This document shows, piece after piece, positions 12,525-16,000 of a stretch of 16,000 nucleotides of DNA. Below the pieces are notes generated by a model. That model was not told where the DNA came from, did not search any database, and worked only from the letters and a program-made list of their open reading frames with translations. Source of the stretch: an uncultured Phycisphaeraceae bacterium (GTDB taxonomy: Bacteria; Planctomycetota; Phycisphaerae; Phycisphaerales; Phycisphaeraceae); NCBI GenBank assembly GCA_964471555.1, contig CAYYGM010000019.1, positions 22,716 through 38,715 on the forward strand, in the 5' to 3' direction. Made by a program: the position numbers and the translations under genes. How positions within the stretch are numbered: position 1 is the stretch's first letter; every line of letters starts with the position of its first letter.

Positions 12525-13721
12525 TCAAGGCTGATCGTAATTCCCGTATTCCAGGCACGCGGCATACATGGCGGCCAGGTTCTCCTCGGGCACCAGCGGC
12601 GGCAGGTTGTTGCCCTCGCGCAGGGTGAAGTAGCCGCCATCCATGACGCCGCTCTGGAGGATTTCGCGTGTGCGCTCGAAGACCTGTTCGGTTGTGCCGT
12701 TGAGCAGCACCTGCACCTGCGGGCCGCCCTGGATTTCCACCTCGGGGCCGAGCTTGCGCCGCATGGCCCCGTGATCGATGGGGAAGCCGGTGTCGAAGAG
12801 GGTGACGTTCAGTTCTTCGTGCAGTGCGGGGAACAGATGCGAGGCGTTGCCGCACATGTGCATGCCGCGGCGGGCCCGGGGATTGGTGGAGCCGAAGCCG
12901 TCGGTCTCCAGCATGCGGTAGAGGCGTTCGTGATGAGGCTTGACCAGCGTGCGCCACTGTTCAAGTCCGAGCATGGCGCAGGAGTCGTCGGCGATGCCGT
13001 GGTGCGGGGCGCGCAGGATGTTGCCGTCGAACTCTTCCATCAGGGCGCGGCGGCGATAAGACAACGCATCCACCACGAAGCTCATCAGTTTCTGGGCGTA
13101 CTCCGGCTCGGTCAGCAGGTCCATGAGGAAATTGGTGCCGCGCAGGTTGCAGCCGGCGGTGACCGGGCCGTCGGTGCCCATGTTGCCGATCGGCATCACC
13201 CGGACCGGCCGACCCTCGAAGGTCATGTCCGCGGCCAGCTTCACCATCTCCCGCCACATGCGCAGTTGATGTTTCCAGTAGGGCGAATCCAACGGGTGCT
13301 CAATATCGACCTCGAACACCTCGTGACGCAGATCGTCGTCGGCGAAAGGCGGCGGCTCGGTGGTCGGCACCTGGCCCGATGGGAAGCACACCGTGGCCCC
13401 GAAGGCTGCCGCCTCGTAGATGTTGTGAAAAAACAGCGGCACCTCCCACACGTCGGGCAATTCGTGCGGCAGATCGCTGTGCTTGCCGATCACCCGCCGA
13501 CGGTACAGCGCCATCTGAAGCTCCATCTTCAGATGAATCAGCGGATCGTTGTGGCAATCCTCGAACGTGTAGCCGTCCGGGTTCCACTGCGGCAGCGGCA
13601 TCACCACGCGCACGGTGGTGCCGATCGTCACCGGCACGCGCCGGCCGCGGCCCTCGGCGTGGGCTTGCCACAGGGCGAGTTTTTCCTGGTCGCTGATGAC
13701 GGGATGTTCGAGCAATTGCAT
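12525..13721 (-). CDS. Uroporphyrinogen decarboxylase (URO-D) superfamily protein, MtaA/CmuA-like, paralog 2
   Basis: 398-aa ORF with the same motifs (MHMCGNASHLFP; YFTLREGNNLPPLVPEENLAAMYAACLEYG). A GGAG lies 8 nt upstream of the ATG at 13721. Confidence 0.75.
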   Translation of the reverse strand: MQLLEHPVISDQEKLALWQAHAEGRGRRVPVTIGTTVRVVMPLPQWNPDGYTFEDCHNDPLIHLKMELQMALYRRRVIGKHSDLPHELPDVWEVPLFFHNIYEAAAFGATVCFPSGQVPTTEPPPFADDDLRHEVFEVDIEHPLDSPYWKHQLRMWREMVKLAADMTFEGRPVRVMPIGNMGTDGPVTAGCNLRGTNFLMDLLTEPEYAQKLMSFVVDALSYRRRALMEEFDGNILRAPHHGIADDSCAMLGLEQWRTLVKPHHERLYRMLETDGFGSTNPRARRGMHMCGNASHLFPALHEELNVTLFDTGFPIDHGAMRRKLGPEVEIQGGPQVQVLLNGTTEQVFERTREILQSGVMDGGYFTLREGNNLPPLVPEENLAAMYAACLEYGNYDQP

Positions 13722-13814
13722 TGGGGCACTCCAGGTTCAGAGGCAAACCAGCATAGAGCGCCGCGGCACTGACCGCTTGCATTTTTCTTGAGCGAGAAAA
13801 TCAAACATGCCGCC

Positions 13815-14852
13815 TCAGGGCACGAGCACCAGCTTGCCGATGTGGCGATCCCGGGCCATGAATTCGTGGGCAGCCACAACATCCCGCAATGCGAACGTGC
13901 GTGCCACACGTTGCTGGAACACGCCGGTCTGAAACAGTTCCAGGATCGCTGCACACGCCGGCCGCCAGACGGATTCGCCCTGTTCGACCATGGCCGACAT
14001 CAGGAACGTCTCGATGCGGCCGCGCCGCGCGATCAGCGGATGCAGGTCCACGACATCCGGTTTGCCGAGCAGGCCATAGAAGCACAGCACGCCGCCCGGA
14101 GCCAGGCAGCGGATTTCCTCGGTGAGGTACGGCCCGGCCGCCACGGGATCGAAGAACACATCAATGCCGTGGCCGTCGGTGATCTGTTTGATCTGTTGTC
14201 GCCACGGCCGCATGATGCGCTGCCCCGCGTCGTCACGATCGTGGGTGATCACCAGGTGATCGAACTGTTCGGCGATGGCGGCCGCTTTGTCTTCGCTGCT
14301 GGTCAGGCCGACGGGGATGGCGTCGAAGTGGCGCACGACCTGCGCCGCCGCCAGGCCGACGCCGCTGGAGGCTGCGGGGATGGCGACGAACTGGCCCGGC
14401 TGTAACCCGATCTTCCAGACCAGTGCGCCCCAGGCGGTCAGATAAGTCAGCCAGATGGCGCCGAGCTGGTCATCGTCAATCGCATCGGGTGCTGCGATCA
14501 ACAGATCGGTGCTGACGATCATGTGCGAACGATAGGTGCCGCCGTGCGCACCTTGCACGCCGCGCGGCACGTGGGGCCCCAGCAGCACGCGCTGGCCGGT
14601 TTGCCAATCGGTGACATCGGGCCCGATTGCATCGATGACGCCGCCGCCTTCGAGGCCGGGCGTGTAAGGCGGTTCGCCGGTGGAAAGCTTGTAGTGGCCG
14701 GCGCGGCCCATCAGGTCGGCGTGGTTCATGCCGATGCTGGTCAGGCGCACACGCACCTGGCCCGGCCCCGGCTGCGGCATCGGCTCGTGGACCACGTGCA
14801 TCACTTGCGGGGGGCCGAACTGGGGGACGAGGATGCGCGTGCAGTGGGACAT
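13815..14852 (-). CDS. NADPH:quinone oxidoreductase / zeta-crystallin-type MDR family oxidoreductase
   Basis: I placed the start at the ATG at 14852 (MSHCTRILVPQFG...). The 32 codons upstream in the tracked ORF are a translation of the repeat element. The ORF has the GroES-like N-terminus and the AASSGVGLAAAQV nucleotide-binding motif. Confidence 0.85.
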   Translation of the reverse strand: MSHCTRILVPQFGPPQVMHVVHEPMPQPGPGQVRVRLTSIGMNHADLMGRAGHYKLSTGEPPYTPGLEGGGVIDAIGPDVTDWQTGQRVLLGPHVPRGVQGAHGGTYRSHMIVSTDLLIAAPDAIDDDQLGAIWLTYLTAWGALVWKIGLQPGQFVAIPAASSGVGLAAAQVVRHFDAIPVGLTSSEDKAAAIAEQFDHLVITHDRDDAGQRIMRPWRQQIKQITDGHGIDVFFDPVAAGPYLTEEIRCLAPGGVLCFYGLLGKPDVVDLHPLIARRGRIETFLMSAMVEQGESVWRPACAAILELFQTGVFQQRVARTFALRDVVAAHEFMARDRHIGKLVLVP

Positions 14853-14860
14853 GGGGGGTA

Positions 14861-15028
14861 ATGATGAATGACGAAATTCGAATGACGAAACAATGTTCGA
14901 ATGACGAATGACGAATGACGAAGTGTAACAGTTTCGCCAATCGGACATTCGTCATTGGAATTTAATTCGTCATTCGAATTTCGTCATTCGAATTTCCGCT
15001 CCAGCGGTTGTCGTCATTCGAATTTCCC
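14861..15028. repeat. Heptamer-array hairpin element, family 1, copy 2, plus an extra solo unit
   Basis: The left arm is 14861-14922 and the right arm is 14946-14997. ATGACGA recurs at 14868, 14882, 14901, 14908 and 14915. The element is homologous to 678-808 (see that feature). The solo unit TCGTCATTCGAATTTCC at 15011-15027 duplicates 14981-14997. Confidence 0.85.
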
Positions 15029-16000
15029 TATTGGGGCTGTTGTTTTTCTCGTCGCTCCTGGCGGCGCTGGCGGATTTCTTCGGGCGTCAGCTTGGGCTTG
15101 TTGGTATCAGTCTGCTCGGTCGGCTGTGCCTGTTGCGTCTGCTGCGTCTGCTGCGTTTGTTTGGTGAAAGTCGTGACGATCTGCTCGGCGGCGGCGGGAA
15201 GCGTCCAGGCGGCGGCATTTTTTTCTTTGTCGCGTTCGTTGAGGATTTGACCGATGCCACCGATGATTTTGCCGACGTCGCCGCCCTGATCCTGAAGCTG
15301 ATCCATGCCGATCTGTTTGGCCAGGGCGATCAGCACGGGCTTGATGTCGGGCACGGGATGATTCAGCGTGCCCTTGAGCGGAATGGTCAGCACCTGCCCG
15401 GGCTGATAGACCTTGCCGATGGCTGACACGTGCGAGATCAGCGTCGCACCGAGAATGCCCATCTGGAAGTCGTACTGATCGCCGGGCACATCCGCCTTGC
15501 CCTGGAAGCCGATGGCCAGGTTGCCCGAGGTCATCCACATCTCATCCGTGCGCACCCGGCCGTTGGCCACCACGAAGTTGGCGGGCGTGAACTGGGCGAC
15601 ATAATCCGTGCCCTCGTGCTGCGGCCGGCCGAAGTGCGTGGCGATGGTGTCCATCAGCTTGGTCATCCAGCCGCGGCGGGTCATCTTCAACTCACCCAGA
15701 TCCAGCACGCCCTTGGCCCGCACTTTGTCGAAAGAGAAATCTTTCAGCGGCACCTGGAAACCTTCCTGGCGAATCAGCAGCTTCACGGGCTTGTTGCTGG
15801 CGATCACGTCAGCAACCGCCGGGTGCACTTTGCCCAGCACGGTGCGGGCAGCTTCCTCGTTGAGCATCAACTGGGCGGTGAAGTCTTCCTTGAGCGTGAC
15901 CTGGTTGTTCTCATCGATCTGCAGCGGAGCATCAGCCTGAAGATCGCGGCTGCGCAGGGTGAACAGCACCGCCCCGGGGAACTGGCCGGTGGCGGCCGCG
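15028..16000 (-). CDS. Hypothetical protein, C-terminal part (possibly AsmA/TamB-like); 5' end lies outside the window
   Basis: The frame is open to position 16000 (the GTG at 15969 is internal). It is a long coherent ORF with a low-complexity Gln/Thr/Arg/Glu-rich tail. The family assignment is only a resemblance. Confidence 0.55.
   Translation of the reverse strand, partial: AAATGQFPGAVLFTLRSRDLQADAPLQIDENNQVTLKEDFTAQLMLNEEAARTVLGKVHPAVADVIASNKPVKLLIRQEGFQVPLKDFSFDKVRAKGVLDLGELKMTRRGWMTKLMDTIATHFGRPQHEGTDYVAQFTPANFVVANGRVRTDEMWMTSGNLAIGFQGKADVPGDQYDFQMGILGATLISHVSAIGKVYQPGQVLTIPLKGTLNHPVPDIKPVLIALAKQIGMDQLQDQGGDVGKIIGGIGQILNERDKEKNAAAWTLPAAAEQIVTTFTKQTQQTQQTQQAQPTEQTDTNKPKLTPEEIRQRRQERREKQQPQ
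15130..15156 (-). repeat. 9-bp tandem repeat (CTGYTGCGT x3) encoding (TQQ)3 in the C-terminal tail
   Basis: Seen directly: ctgttgcgt ctgctgcgt ctgctgcgt. The minus-strand translation is TQQTQQTQQ. Confidence 0.7.

Noticed and set aside
13784-13801. TTTTCT-tgagcg-AGAAAA hairpin just downstream of the oxidoreductase stop as its terminator
   Set aside because: The stem is only six A-T/T-A pairs and no convincing U-tract follows on the minus strand. It is too weak to call.
13815-14948. Longer N-terminal extensions offered by the ORF track for the oxidoreductase (to 14948), the lipoprotein (to 5071), the RNHCP protein (from 9237) and the CDGSH protein (to 10003)
   Set aside because: The extensions translate repeat or intergenic sequence. 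Internal ATGs give canonical N-termini (lipoprotein signal peptide, MDR N-terminus) and better ribosome-binding sites (AAGGAG before 9949, AAAGG before 4930).

Overview
High-GC bacterial chromosomal window. The phylum cannot be determined from the sequence alone. I support 15 protein-coding genes. They are an O-methyltransferase, a 2-hydroxyacid dehydrogenase, a 7Fe ferredoxin, an orphan beta-class DNA methyltransferase, an AhpD/CMD-like protein and a two-gene operon (b562-like lipoprotein plus small PepSY-TM-like membrane protein). They continue with dnaE (Pol III alpha), an RNHCP-domain protein, a CDGSH Fe-S protein, an AmpG-like MFS permease, two tandem URO-D-superfamily paralogs, a quinone oxidoreductase and a partial AsmA-like protein. 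Gene content is ordinary. The unusual signal is non-coding: five loci carry long imperfect hairpins whose arms are tandem arrays of 7-bp units, usually 4-5 units per arm. There are four unrelated unit sequences: AATGACG/AAATTCG, YAGGSAG, NATCGGG and TGATSTS. Four of the loci fill intergenic gaps exactly, from stop codon to stop or start codon. In those four, the unit contains a stop triplet, so the 7-bp period places stops in all three frames. The fifth locus is a 93-nt in-frame insertion in the essential dnaE gene. Its units contain no stop triplets but do form a canonical G-quadruplex motif. Two of the loci (678-808 and 14861-15028) are clear copies of one dispersed family and differ by one heptamer. 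Secondary observations are candidate leaderless promoters, a divergent-promoter palindrome, a three-way-junction structure after dnaE, and recently homogenised URO-D paralogs. The many long antisense ORFs in the track are high-GC shadow ORFs.
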